A DNA stretch of 64,000 bases from Felis catus. Its lineage: Eukaryota. The notes under the pieces are model-generated. The model did no database searches and was not told the origin of the DNA. It was given only the letters and a program-made list of their open reading frames with translations. Below are positions 1 to 12,480 of this stretch, piece by piece. Each line of letters opens with the position of its first letter. Position 1 is the first letter of the stretch. The position numbers and the translations under genes were made by a program. Where the stretch lies: contig NC_058386.1 in assembly GCF_018350175.1 (NCBI RefSeq), forward strand, positions 56,172,001 to 56,236,000, in the 5' to 3' direction.

Positions 1-104
1 TGGAGCTTGCTTCAGATTCTGTGTCTCCCTCTTCCTCTGCCCCTCCCCCACTGACGCTCTGTCTCTCTGTATCAAAAAATGAATAAACATTAAAAAAATT
101 TAAA
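1..104 (+). mobile_element. Can-SINE 3' part (cut by window edge)
   Basis: tggagcttgcttcagattctgtgtctccc, (CT)-rich tract, then aaaaatgaataaacattaaaaaaa tail typical of felid SINEC. Confidence 0.92.
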
Positions 105-450
105 GCCAAGAGGGATTTTAGGGGAAAAAAAACTTCTATTTTTATGTGTCGGAAGATGAGTGATGAGTAATCAAGGATATGGATGGCATTGCTGAAAGAG
201 CTGGAAGGTGGGGGTCACTGGAGATGGTGTCTGTGAGCCTAGGACACTGCCATACCTTATGTAAACTAAACAGAAGGGAATGCAACCAAGTCCCTGCCAT
301 CTCACTCCTTGATGGCCCCCAGATTTATGGAAAATGGCTCAAGGAAGAAGCACGTGTGCATGTGGGGTGTGTGTTGTCTTCTTTCATCTCTACCTTGCTG
401 TTCATTCCAATGATGTCACTGGTGCATTATGGTTCCTCTGAACCTGTTTC

Positions 451-585
451 TCCTTTCTAGAAGCTCCATGAAGTCAAAGACCACATCTGTCTTGCCTTTG
501 AATCCTCAGCACTTTGCACATTGCTGGGCACAAAGTAAGCCTTCAATAAACGTTTTCCAAGTGAATTAATTAATAAACAAGTGAA
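451..585 (+). mobile_element. L2 LINE 3' terminal fragment
   Basis: ctagaagctccatgaag...gcacattgctgggcacaaagtaagccttcaataaacgttt...gtgaattaat resembles the L2 3' end. Confidence 0.65.
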
Positions 586-817
586 GCAAGTGGGTTCTGT
601 CTTGCCTAGCAATCATCATTTCCAGGAGGAAACAATGAGGTCCTATGAAAATCCTTTCCAAGAACTTGAAGTGCCACATGAGTGTCTGGGGATATCATGG
701 GTGTTATGCAGGATTGTGTCAAGGTTCCCAAAAGCAGTCAGAGCCTCAGTTCTCAGAATGATAAAAGCCAAGCAAGAATAAGAGTCTGAGCGGCAGGACA
801 TGGCTGCCTTAGAGTGC

Positions 818-838
818 AAAAAAAAAAAAAAAAAAAAA
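818..838. repeat. poly(A)21
   Basis: 21 consecutive A. Confidence 0.97.
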
Positions 839-859
839 GGTTAGTATGGGTTAGTAGCT

Positions 860-1000
860 GCACTGAGGGGTGACAAAAAAGTAGGGTTTATCTGCCGCAA
901 GAAGGATTTAGATCAGACCTTCCATATGCTGTGGTGAGGTGAGGCAGAGTGTGGATGTTCTTCTCTGGATATCTTGAAAAACAGAAGGCCTCGGCTCCCA
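860..1000 (+). mobile_element. CR1/L3 3'-region fragment (degraded)
   Basis: aagaaggatttagatcagac...gtgtggatgttcttctctggatatcttgaaaaacag resembles the CR1/L3 3' region. Confidence 0.45.
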
Positions 1001-1040
1001 TCACATTAACTCAACAATTTACAGGCAGTGGGGCCTCGGG

Positions 1041-1156
1041 CTAATCCTGTCCCCTCCTTGAGCCTCAGTTTCTCCATCTGCAGTTGGAGTGGGGGGTCAG
1101 GAGCAGACCTCATGGTCTCTATAGTTCATTCCAGCTCTTAAAGTCTGGAATTCTGT
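1041..1156 (+). mobile_element. MIR (MIR3-like) fragment
   Basis: core gagcctcagtttctccatctg plus 3' ttccagctcttaaagtctg. Confidence 0.65.
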
Positions 1157-1638
1157 CTGGAGACTGGGCTATGCTGGCATAACTTCAGAAGGATGTAGAC
1201 GGCCATAAAACTGGTGGGATCCCTGGAGATGGAGAATCCTGCAGGGAAGCCCCCTCCCCCAGCTCTCTACCTCCTGCCCTTTTAACTGCTGCAAACACAA
1301 CCCTCCCCTGCTCTCCAGGGTTTCTCCTCCCCATACCCCCACAGCTCTGTCTGGCAGCCCTATTCTCTGACCAGCTTTGTTTGCTTTTAATAAAGTTAAT
1401 CGCACTCCTAATTTGTATGTAATGAAAAGATAAAAGAGAGACATGGGGGCAAACCTCCCACTGGAGTGGGAGCAGTCCAGTTCCAGGGCTCTGGACCGCC
1501 TCCCTGCCTCTGCTCTCACTACTGCCTTGCCCATCCCCAGAGTCTGAGCAGAGGCTGCTGTCTGGGCCCCAGCCCAGCCCAGTTGTCCCTGCAGCTCCCC
1601 CAAGGAAGCCTCCTGAGGCCTGCTTGCTCTGCCTTCCA

Positions 1639-1713
1639 CCTTGCCTGTGTGGAGAGCAAAGACTCCCACTCCCTCCCTTGCCTGTGGAGGAGAGCAAAGA
1701 TTCTCACTCCCTC
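1639..1713. repeat. 37-38 bp imperfect tandem duplication
   Basis: ccttgcctgtgtggagagcaaagactcccactccctc followed by ccttgcctgtggaggagagcaaagattctcactccctc. Confidence 0.9.
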
Positions 1714-2866
1714 CACACGTAAGTCCTGATGAACCCCATAGCCCACCTTTGTAGTACTCCCCATACCCCAAAGCCGGTCACCTCCTTGAAGGCAGGGCTG
1801 GCTCATGGGTAGGAACACAGCAATTAGTAGCAAAACTTAGATCATCCATTCTTGACCATGTGCCCACCTGGTCTCTGGGAATGCTTTGGATTCCTTAATG
1901 AGAACAGAGGGGAAATATTTAGAGGGGGGATGGTGATTTGATTTGATTCAACTGTGGGTCTATACTTCTCTCTTACTCCCTGACACACTTTCTCTTTCAC
2001 CAGTCCCACTCAGCTGGTTGGTCAGGTCATCCCCCAACTCTGCCACCAGCATTGGGGCCATTTCTTTCACCTCCCTGGGCCTCAGCTTCATCATCCATCC
2101 ATCATCAAGGCAGGTAAAGAGTTTAGTCTTTGAGGGTGGTGGATGGAGACATAGCGAATTTTAAGAGTGGTGGTACTTAGGTCCCAGCATGCTGGAGAAG
2201 CTTGGGGGACTGCTCCTAGGAGGTCAGCTCCCCCGCCCAGCCCCAGAACAGAGTCCCTGGCTCCTGGGGCAATTCCCCTGTACCCACGCATCCCAGAGTC
2301 AGCTTCCATGGGAAACTATCCCTTGCAGTACTGGTTTGGGAGAGATGGGGCAGGAACCCTAAGCTCCTCATGAGGACTGCTTAGTGACACAATTGAGTGA
2401 AAACTGTGACAAGGGGTAGAAGCAGTGGGGGCCACCTCAATCTCCAGACCTTGTTTCAGACACCTATGTCCCAAGCCCTTGACTGTCTTCAGTAAAGGGA
2501 CGAAGACAAGGCTGGTGGGGGTTGGGGATGGCTTAACACACCAAGGAGTGAGGCTGCAGAGCAAGCAGCCCTTCCAGTGCCCTCCCTGGGCCAGGTCAGG
2601 CAGGGCACAGTCTGGGCTTCAGACCCAGATGGGGGTATGGAGAGAGCAGCTCCACTGGAGGGGGGGTCCCAGCATGGCACGCCTGAGCAGCAATCTGGAA
2701 GCTATTGGGCTTGTGCGTTTCTGCAATCCAACGTGAATGCCATGCCCAGTTCATTTCCTCTAAGGAAACACAACCTCAGGGGATAATTAGAGCTTCTTTG
2801 TGTACACAATCCCATATTGTTTATCCAACACAAATTAAAAAACGTGGGCCCTGAGAACATGGAGCA

Positions 2867-3000
2867 NNNNNNNNNNNNNNNNNNNNNNNNNNNNNNNNNN
2901 NNNNNNNNNNNNNNNNNNNNNNNNNNNNNNNNNNNNNNNNNNNNNNNNNNNNNNNNNNNNNNNNNNNNNNNNNNNNNNNNNNNNNNNNNNNNNNNNNNNN
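2867..3000. other. assembly gap (134 N)
   Basis: run of N. Confidence 0.99.
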
Positions 3001-4350
3001 GATCTCATTACCCTGCCTGGCCACACCAGGCCAAGCCCCAGGCCCTGCCTCACCCCCACCCTGCTGGCTCCTGCTCCTCACACAGTCTTTGTGCACCCCC
3101 AGACCTAGTCCCTCAAAGCCAGGGCCTGAGATCCTTCCTAGCCTTCCCCTGTGTCTGTCTTCCTATTGCTCTGTTATGAAAGGTGGCTCTGGGTCAGTCT
3201 TCTCTGGCCAAAGGGGGTGCTTGACAGAATGCCCACTTGTCCACATGTCCCCTCAAGGACCCTCCCACTGAAGAACGTGGGAAATGCCAGTCTGAAAACA
3301 CAACTCAGCACCCAGGAGCAGAGGCAAGTACCCTGGGAATTTCTGGGAAGGATGGGCTGGCTCTCTTGGCCCTTGGCCTTGGCCTTCGGTCCCTTCCACT
3401 GCCCAGATCCACTCCACCCAGACAACAGGGAGCCCAGTCAGCCTGGCCTGGGGGCCCCTCCACAAAGCCCAGCCTCTCTTTCCCCAGGCCTCAGCCCAAC
3501 AAAGGAGGATTCTCCAACAGGGTGGCTCAGGGCAGAAGGAAGGAGGGTTGTGGGTGGAAAGTAGCTTCAGAACCCAAGGTTGGCCATGTCCATGAAAGCC
3601 CTATTATTTCTGGGGTTGCTAAACAACTTGCTCACCATGGCAAATTCAGCTCCCCTCAGTTCCCCATCTCCCCCTAGGAATAGCTCCACATTCCAACACT
3701 ATACAGCCAGACTTTCTCAACCATAGGAGGCAGAATGGGAGGTGCATGGGCAGGGAGGGGTGAGGAGGAGAGATGGCTACAGAGGGAGAACTCACCTTCC
3801 CCAAGCCTTGCCAGCTGAGAGGCCCCACAGAAGATAGTGCGTCCTCAGCTCTGACCTCCCATTTCTCTTGTATCACAGCCTGCTTCCCAGGTGGTTCTAG
3901 TTCCAGTGTGTGTGTGTTGGGGGGGGGGGGATGCTGCCTAGGCTTTCCTGGGGACTGGGAAGGTGTCTATCTATGTACTGGCCACTAAGCAGTATGGCCT
4001 CTTTGTCTCCCAGGGCCCACGGCTGCCAAGGACAAGCCTCTCTGTTCTATGCCCCTGACCTACCTACCCCCACCTCAATCACTAAAAAGGCAAGAGGGCT
4101 AGGACAATGAATACGCTCTCTACTGGGGGCCAGGCCATCCCACCCTCCCTCAGGCACAGAGCAGGTCTCTGGCAGGCTGGGTGAGCAGAGAGTTTGTCTT
4201 GAGGTAGAATTTTCTCTGGTTGAAGTGAAGAGGAAGTTGTGTGAGCTGAGCACATTCCCTGTCTGGTCTGTCCTTTCAGCTCTCCTGGTATTTTTTTTTT
4301 CTTTTGGTTTGTCTCTGAGCTGGAAAGAACATGTGCTTGGCAGATTTTTT

Positions 4351-4518
4351 NNNNNNNNNNNNNNNNNNNNNNNNNNNNNNNNNNNNNNNNNNNNNNNNNN
4401 NNNNNNNNNNNNNNNNNNNNNNNNNNNNNNNNNNNNNNNNNNNNNNNNNNNNNNNNNNNNNNNNNNNNNNNNNNNNNNNNNNNNNNNNNNNNNNNNNNNN
4501 NNNNNNNNNNNNNNNNNN
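4351..4518. other. assembly gap (168 N)
   Basis: run of N. Confidence 0.99.
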
Positions 4519-5039
4519 CACCTTCTCCTCCTCTTTCTAGCCTCACCCACTTCTGCTCATGGGGGGCAGAAGAGGGCAGGCCTGCAGAGACAGCATCTCT
4601 AAGTCAGGGCTTGGGGTGCTATTGTCCCCATGCTGCACCAGATATCAGCTTTGGAGGGCAGACCACAGTCTTGCATCTGGGATGGGTGGATAGGTGGCAA
4701 GGAGGCAATCCAGAAGACATGTGCCTGGGGTCCTGAGGGTTAAATAGGCAAGGTAGGCCCTGCTGGTGTTGGCCAGTCCTCTGGTAGCATGTGCACCCAG
4801 CACACAGACCCCAGACCCCAACCCTACTTGGCCCTCCCCCTCCTTCCCTTTCCCTTTTTCTCACTCGCATGGATATTCCTGGACAGTCGTACTATTCCTC
4901 ATCATCAGGACACCCAACCAGCTCAGTACCTCTGAGCACTCACTGGGTTACCCTTCTGAACTGTTGACCAAGTCACTGGAGCCCCTCATTTCTCTTCATG
5001 GATACAAGCCTATGGGATGGTGGCTTGGGAGGGCCATCT

Positions 5040-5255
5040 GAGATTGAAATCCCAGCTTTATCACTCATTTGCCAGGTCTTGGTCTGATCATTTCCCTTCA
5101 CTGAACCTCAGTTTCTTGCCCATAAGACAGGGATACTACGATCTACATTATAAAATTGTCCAGAAGTTTAAATAACATTTAAATCAGTTTTGGCCTCTTG
5201 AAATTGATGAAAACAACTAGCCCAATCTGTGGTACATTGTGGATGTGCAATAAAT
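5040..5255 (+). mobile_element. MIR
   Basis: aaatcccagct...ctgaacctcagtttcttgcccataa...ggtacattgtggatgtgcaataaat. Confidence 0.65.
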
Positions 5256-5384
5256 CTCCTCCCCTTCCTTCTTCTCCTCTCTCCCTCTGTCTCCCCCTCC
5301 CTACATCTCTCCTTCTCCATCTATCTCTCTTTGTCTCTCTTTCTGCTCATCACAATACCCCCCCTCCCATCACCCAACAGAATA

Positions 5385-5500
5385 CAGGGGTAGAAAGGCA
5401 GCAGAAAAGACTGTACTCAGACATAAGAAAGAACTTCCCAGGTGTGTAGTGGTTAGAACCTGAAAGAAAGGCCCACTGGAATCTGTGGATTCATCTTCCA
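5385..5500 (+). mobile_element. CR1/L3 3'-region fragment
   Basis: ctcagacataagaaagaacttcc...ggaatctgtggattcatcttcc. Confidence 0.45.
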
Positions 5501-5539
5501 ACATAAGACCCAAAGGAGTTGCCCACCCTGGAAGCAGGT

Positions 5540-5700
5540 GGAGGACTTGGAGTCCTGCCCTGGAGAAACGGAAGCAGTGGAATGCCCCTAGACTGTGGTG
5601 CGACAGGCCCTTGGTTGGGTCCCTCACTTCTCTGACCTTCAGTTCCTCATCTACACAATGGAAGAAGTGTTCCTCTCCTTGAAAAGCTGTCATGAGGTAT
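5540..5700 (+). mobile_element. MIR fragment
   Basis: ctcacttctctgaccttcagttcctcatctacacaatgg core. Confidence 0.6.
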
Positions 5701-6244
5701 CTTCATTAGTTTCTACGAGCTGCTCAGATGAGTTTCCCTTGTCATTCCACAGCAGTAGGAAGGAAGGCCAGAGGAGGTTTCTGGGGCTACCTTAAGAGCC
5801 AAGACTTCTGAGTGTTTGGGGACCCTCACAGCCATCCTGACAGGCAATAGTCCAACCCAGTGGGGGCTGCAGCCCAGGTTAGTGGGCCCCTCTGAGTCAG
5901 TGAATCCCCCAACCTTTCAGAGCCACCCCTCTCCAACACCCACTGGCCCACTCACTCATAAGCTATTCCTTAGCCAAGCAGGGAAGTATTGCTCCTTTAA
6001 TCTTGTTTTATAAATTAATCCCTTTCTTCCCTTAATCATTTTCATTGCCTGCCTCTGAACCCATTCCAATCCATCTCCTGCCCTGGCACCTTCTCCCACT
6101 TATCATTCTTTTCTCATCCTCTGGCTGCAGAGGGGCCTCCCATGTGGCCTGCCGGGGCCTCCATATTAATGTCCATGGGTGAGAGGGTGAGCCCCCCATG
6201 CCCAGTGGGTCTGGCCCCCTTTACTTCTGTCTCCTGGGAGATAG

Positions 6245-6385
6245 GAGTGTGTGGGGGCTGGAATCAAACACACCTGGTTTGAAGCTCTAATAAAACTCTA
6301 ATGCTGCTGCCTTGGTGCTCAGCAGCCTTTGAGAAGTCCCTCTACATCTCTGGGCCTCACTCTTCCTCATCTTTAAAATAGAGCA
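6245..6385 (+). mobile_element. MIR fragment
   Basis: ctggaatcaaacacacctggtttgaa...tctctgggcctcac...cctcatctttaaaatag. Confidence 0.6.
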
Positions 6386-6864
6386 TCTGTCAGGGGCATG
6401 GGAGAGAAAGCAAAGACACATTTTAGTCACTCTTTTCACTTTAGGGGAGGACAGGTCTGCAGAGTCGGCTCTCCCTTAAGCCCTCTTTGCATGTCTCCTC
6501 ACCTGGGCCCTACTCACACATCCCTGGAGCTCCCTGGTATGTTGGACACAGGGCTACACAGCCCACCTTGGTCACAAATAAGAACCCAAATCCCCAGGCT
6601 GCTGTCAGCCTCTCTGGGGAAGGCTTTCCCTGCTATAGGAAGGAAGCAAGGTAGACCTGAGAATGCATGCCAGCAATGGAGATGGTAGAGAGGGGCCCTG
6701 AGAGGCAGGTATGTAGTAGGGCCTCTGGCCCAAAGCTTAAAGTAATGGACAAGTTCCTGGAAGCTTCTCTTCACTTCATCCCCTAGATTCTCTCTGGAGA
6801 AGGCAGCCCCTCTGTTTGGCCACCTGTGCCTCAGGTGGATAAGACAGGATTGAGGGGATGCACT

Positions 6865-7110
6865 CCATGTAGCACCTGCTTTGATAGGCCTTGGAATTTT
6901 CCTAACAGCCTGGTTAGGCTGGCTAAGAGGGTCTTATCCCCATTTTCCAAACAGGAAGGCTAAGGATCACAAAGCTGAAAAAGCTTGCCCAATTGTATGC
7001 TCCTGACATGCCAGGCACTTGGGGATTCAGCAGCATGGAACAAGGTTGACACATGACAGAAGCAGTTTTGAACCCTGGTCAATCTGATGCCAATGCTTAT
7101 GCTTACGACC
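6865..7110 (-). mobile_element. MIR fragment
   Basis: atccccattttccaaacaggaaggctaagg...acttgccc-like...tttgaaccctggtc. Confidence 0.55.
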
Positions 7111-8369
7111 AATACACTAAGATGCTCCACATTTTAGGAAAAGGAAATAAAAACCATTCTAGTCTGTATGACAAAGGAGGAGGCTGACAGTGACCAAGAG
7201 GCTCCTTGAGGCAAGTCCCAGACCTGTACAAGCAGAAAAATCTTCCCTCGATGTTACAAGGACAGGGATGGGGCTGTCAGGGCACAATGGAACTGGCCAT
7301 ATCTACTGGAGTCAGCTAGGCTTGATGGAATGAAACTTCTAAACTGGCTCTTGAGTGATACCTAGGAGTTGGCCAAGCTGACAAGGGAGGAAGTGGCATC
7401 CTAGATAGAAGAACACATCTTGAGTAAGTGCCAGAGTTAATTCTAGCAGACCCATGCCTCTGGGGAGGGAACTGTGTGAAGAAGCGGGGTTCCTAGCTGT
7501 TTTGCTCTTTACGGGATGTGTGGCCTTAAATAAGGACTGAATCTCTCTGAGCCTCAATCCCTTGATTTGAGTGCTGGGTACCTAGTTGGTGTGGGATGCT
7601 AGCTGGTTGCTAGTATTGTTATCCTCACCCTCATCTTCACTAAATCTACCATCTCAAAATGGACTGGGCTGTAAAGCACCTCACCCCAAGCAGTCCCTGC
7701 CCCATCCCCATCCTGCTCTGCCTGCCCATTTCTGCCAAGTTTTCCCACCAACTCTTCCTTCACCCTACCTCCAGCTCTTGCTCCTTCCCTGGGCCCCACC
7801 CCTGCTCCTCTCTATGACAGACTGGCTTAGTTCTGGATGAAGTCCACAGGGCCAGGCCCTAGCAGGCTCCTGGCAGACATTAGGGCAACTAACACCCTTC
7901 TTTCCATTTTGAGCTTGGGGTGGGGCAGGGGTTAAAGTGGGGCAGGGGTAGGGAAAAGAAAGAACAGGAAAATTTTCTGTCCTATTCCAGATCAGATGTC
8001 TTCTGCCACAAAGACTGCATGATCTGGACTGAGGTCTCTCTGCTTCATCTGCTTTGTCTACTTCAGAAGCAGGGAGGAAGAGAAGCAGAGTTATTTTGAG
8101 TAAGAATGTGAATGTAAGAATAGCCCCCACCACAGCCCACCCTAGACCACCACTGACACCCGAAGGCAGTGCTGCCTGAGCAGCACCACGTTAACCCTCC
8201 TTGGGCTTTTTGCACTTCTGAGGCCTGGCCTCTCCTGGCCCTCTCCTTGGGCCAAGGAGACAGGGAGGGGACAGTGAAGGAGGTGGGGGGGGGCAGGGCT
8301 AAGAGTCCAGCCTGGTTCTGATTTCCCCAGCTAGGGCTGGGAACCAGAGCCTGGTCTGTCTTCAATCTG

Positions 8370-8396
8370 CCCCCCACCCCACCCCACCCCACCCCC
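8370..8396. repeat. (CCCCA)n tract, G-quadruplex-capable on minus strand
   Basis: ccccccaccccaccccaccccaccccc. Confidence 0.85.
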
Positions 8397-8836
8397 TCAT
8401 GCAACACTTCTCTGCTTTCGGGAGCGGCTCATAACCGCAAACACATTTGCTAATGCAGCTAGCCTGCCCGCCCTGGGACAGCTGGCTGGGCCCCGTGCCT
8501 GGGGCCAGGCCAGGCAAAGGGCAGGGGGCCTGGCTGGGAAAGGGGCCTGAGGCTCCTCCTTCTCTGCTAAGCCTCCAGCACAGCCCCAGTCAATGCCTCT
8601 GTAGCTCCATAGCCCCTCCCCAATATGACTCCTTCAAGGGCTGCGATGGATATCAGAGAAACTAAGGCCACTAGCGGGAAGGACTACCTGGCTGGCTGCA
8701 TGATATCCAGCCCAAGAATGGGGCAGTGAGACATGATTTTTGGCCAAAACAATACCTTGTCTGACTGGGCTTAATGGGTTTCTGGGCCTGAGCCCTCCCA
8801 CCAAAGGAGAGAGGTCGCCTACAATAATGGGAAATT

Positions 8837-9018
8837 GGGGTGCCTGGGTGGCTCAGTTGGTTAAGCATCTGACTCTTAATTTCAGCTCAGGTCATGATCT
8901 CATGGTTGGTGAGATCGAGCCCTGCACTGGGCTCCACGCTAATGGTGCAGAGCCTGCTTGGATTCTTTCTCTCCCTCCCTCTCTCTCTCTCTCTCTCTGC
9001 CCATCCTCCACTCATGTG

Positions 9019-9051
<33 letters not shown>

Positions 9052-9076
9052 AAAATCAATAAATAAACATTAAAAA
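8837..9076 (+). mobile_element. Can-SINE, full length, 13-bp TSD
   Basis: ggggtgcctgggtggctcagttggttaag head, (CT)n, A-tail; TSD aataatgggaaat at 8823-8835 and 9077-9089. Confidence 0.97.
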
Positions 9077-9167
9077 AATAATGGGAAATCAAGAGCCCAG
9101 AGCGGGCTGGGAGTTTATGGGTTTCCCAGCAAGGCAACAGTGGAAGGAAGACAGGACTTTTCTTCTC

Positions 9168-9295
9168 TGCCACTATGTGACTTGAGTAATCAATTCTCTA
9201 CTCTGAGCCTCAGTTTCTCCACCCTGCCCTGACTATTTCACAGGCTCGTGATATGGAAATTAATACACGTGTCTTGTAAACTGTAAAGTGCTGTG
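9168..9295 (+). mobile_element. MIR fragment
   Basis: ctgccactatgtgacttg...ctctgagcctcagtttctcc...aaactgtaaagtgct. Confidence 0.65.
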
Positions 9296-10474
9296 TCCAT
9301 GAGAATGATCATTCTCTAAGACCATATGCTTTGCAAAGGCAAGAACCAGGGCATTTCTTCCTGGATCAGACCTACCTCTGTATGCTTTGTGACCCCAGCC
9401 CTGAGCATCATTGTAAGGGATGGCTAGAGAGATAGGCTTGGGTACTGAGAGGTACAAGTTTGTCCCATCTCCCATCAGCCTGAGTTTCTGTAGTCTCAGA
9501 GAACCAAGACTGAGTCCTGAGGTCCCCAAACTTGAGCAGGAGCTGTGACTGGAGCCCACCCCCAACCAGATGTCAATCCCAAGGCGCCAGCCTCACTTGG
9601 CTGCCCCCATCCACCCTCCCCACTACCTCCTCCCATCACACACAGGCATGCAGCTCAGCTTCCCCCTGCCAAGACACCCCCACCCAACCCCACAGCCCCT
9701 CTCCAAAGACAGGGGCCTTTCTCTGCCACGTTCCTGGAGGCTTTTCCACTTAACAGAGCCTTGAAATCCATTTGCCGCAGACTGTGAACTTCCTCTTCAT
9801 GCTCCTGCCTGCTGGCCCTCTTCTAGGCTGACTCCCCCACTCCCACCCCCACTCTGGCATCCGCCAGCCCATGGCTCAGCAGCTGTCACCCTGGTCTCCC
9901 CCTCCCCCGGCCTCTGAGGCCAAGCAGGGGGCACCTGGAGGAGGTGCTTGGGGCCCAGGAAGCAGCAGTGGCCTGGGCTAAAACGGGATGCTGAGAGTTT
10001 GCTCCCTAGGAGTGTCCTAAGCTCGCCAGACACAAAGGGCTGCTTTCCATTCTTCCAGCCCAATAGAAAAAGGGGCCACCTCCTTCAAGACTACGAAGGG
10101 CATTCCTTCCTAAATCAAACCTCCATCCCTATGGCCTTTGCTTCTATTGCTGGTGGAGATAAATGACAGTGGCCTGATAACCTTTCAGACATAGCTAGAA
10201 GGGCAGGCAGTCTGGCTTTTAGTCCTGCCTTAGCCAGAATCCATGACCTTGGGCCAGCCTGGTCCCTCCTTTGACCTCTGATTCCCTTGGAGCTCCTCCC
10301 TACTCAACCCTGACCTCCTCTTGTTTCCTGAATTAAACTCTGCCCTCTGCTTCCCCTAAGTGGTCAATTCCAGGTCTCTGTGCCCTTCTTCCTGGAGTTC
10401 AAAAGGCTTGCATGTTCTTGCCATAAGCTTAATTCCAGATTCCACAAGTTCCTCTGGAGCTACAGAAATGGCAG

Positions 10475-10665
10475 GCAGTTACCATCCACTGAGCATTTAC
10501 TATGGCCATATGTTTCATACCTTCTATCTCATTTTGACATTAATATTTCCATGTGACCAGCTGAGGAAACTGAGGCTCAGTAACTGACCCATGGTCCCAA
10601 TGCCAAGAAATGATAGAGCCACAATTTAAATCTGGGTAGTTAGACTCTTTCATCTGTGTTCTTTC
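10475..10665 (-). mobile_element. MIR
   Basis: actgagcatttactatg...gaggaaactgaggctcag...atgatagagccacaatttaaatctgg. Confidence 0.7.
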
Positions 10666-10989
10666 TTTGCCTACCTTCCCATGACCATGCTTGTACACCA
10701 ACATACCTTGTAATGGAAAGTAATGGAGGATCTATTAATCCATACTTGCTTTGAGGTACCTATTCACATAACTTCAGATCCTGGTCAGGCTTCAAATGAT
10801 GAGATCTATGCTGACACATGTGCAGCTTGTGACCCACTCTGACCTGAGGCTCTGTCTCAGCTCTATTGCCCTCAAATTGTATTATTCTAAAGGTGTAGAC
10901 AGAATGAAGAAGAAAAGTGTGCCTCATGAACAAATCACCTGAGAGAAAGAAGGACTGCCTTGTGGGACTCAAGTCACCCAACCTAACGA

Positions 10990-11135
10990 AGCACCTACTA
11001 TGTGTCAGCTACTGGTAGCCACTTTCACATGCCTTCTCTTGTTTGTATGCTGATAACAACCCTGTGGGCTAGCAATATAGATTGGGAAACTGAGGCACAG
11101 ACAGGAGAAGTAAACTGCCAAAGACCACACAATGA
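10990..11135 (-). mobile_element. MIR
   Basis: gcacctactatgtgtcag...gggaaactgaggcacag...gaagtaaactgccaaagaccacac. Confidence 0.7.
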
Positions 11136-12168
11136 AAAGGTAACACAGTACTTCTCCCACTCCTACTCAAACACTTCAGACTAGCCTGTCATCAAGGGAA
11201 GAATGGTGATGTCTGTAGAAAGAGTTACCCCTGTATCAAAGATGCAGGGCCCAGACAAGAGTCACACAAGCACAGAGAACCTAAATGGTAAGGGCAGGGC
11301 TACAGTCCTTTCAGCCAAAGTTTGCTCTCATCCTCACAGCCTGGAGCTCACACTTGGGTCAGCTTGGGGGTCAGCTATCTTTCTCTCTCTCTCTATCTTT
11401 CCCCACTCTGGTTGTCAGCAATGGATTTGTACAAAACCTAGACTGAATTACCACCTATTACCCAACCTACTTCATGCCAAATCCCTGGCATTAATGCAAT
11501 CAATGGAGGAGAAGCAGGTTCCTATTAGCTACCTGTCATGCCTGCACAGGACTGACTTCCTAGTGCTGTGCCATCCCAAGCCTTCTTCCTCCTTGCATGC
11601 GGATGGCCCCCCATATCATTTACACATGCACCTGTCAGAATGGAGCAGGTCCTCTACCTTCCGGAAAGCTCAATTGAATAAAATATGTATGTACATACTT
11701 GTTCTTCCAGTGGACATATATGGAGCCCCAAGTATGTGCCAGAGGAGAGGTGGACAGTAACCAAGCAAAGCATACACTAACAAAAAACGTCACAGGTTGG
11801 GGCAGGAGCTAGGGAGAAAATAAGCCAGGTTTATGTAATTGTGATGTTAAGAGGGCTATTTTAGGTTGAGTAGTCAGGGAGGGCCTCAATGAGGAGGTAA
11901 TGCTTGAACAGACACCTGACAGAAAAGGAGCCGGCCCAGTAAGGAGCTGAGGAAAGGGTTTGCAGGAGAAAGAACAGAAAGCATGAAGAAGCTGAGGTGA
12001 AACTGAATGTGATAGAGAATAGGGCTATGAACTGAATTTGGATAGATAGGAAGGGATCAAATCATATAAGGCCTTATAAATCATGGTAAAGAGTTTGAGT
12101 TTTAGTCTAAGTGTGATGTGAAGCCATTAAAGGGTTTTAAGCATGTTTAAGAACATGACTGGGTTTGT

Positions 12169-12250
12169 CTCTCTGCCCCTCCCCTGCTCACGCTCTCTGT
12201 CTCTCTGTCTCTCAAAAATAATAAATAAACATTAAAAAATATTTAAAAAG
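12169..12250 (+). mobile_element. 5'-truncated Can-SINE (CT tract + tail)
   Basis: ctctctgcccctcccctgctcacgctctctgtctct...aaaaataataaataaacattaaaaaa. Confidence 0.9.
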
Positions 12251-12480
12251 GGGGGGGGCATCTGAGTGGCTCAGTTAGTTAAACATCCGACTTCGGCTCA
12301 GGTCATGATCTCATGTTTTGTGAGTTCAAGCCCCACGTTGAGCTCTGTGCTCACAGCTCGGTGCCTTGAGCCTGCTTCAGATTCTGTCTCTCTCTCTCTC
12401 TCTCTCTCTCTGCCCCTTTCCCACTCATGCTCTGTCTCTCTGTCTCTCAAAATTAATAAATAAACATTAAAAAATTTAAA
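12251..12480 (+). mobile_element. Can-SINE, full length, directly after the previous SINE's A-tail
   Basis: ggggcatctgagtggctcagttagttaa head, gagttcaagcccc B box, (CT)n, A-tail. Confidence 0.96.

Noticed and set aside
818-838. Poly(A) as the tail of a processed pseudogene
   Set aside because: No recognisable coding body or TSD upstream; treated as a simple mononucleotide run
4345-4525. Idea that this gap hides a minus-strand SINE (T-run before, cacct after)
   Set aside because: No TSD match between the flanks and the gap is shorter than a full SINE; unresolvable
6303-6325. REST/RE1-like motif (gctgccttggtgctca)
   Set aside because: Half-site spacing is one base short, it has mismatches, and it lies inside a MIR
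8837-8930. tRNA-like A/B boxes at SINE heads
   Set aside because: tRNA-derived Can-SINE heads, not tRNA genes
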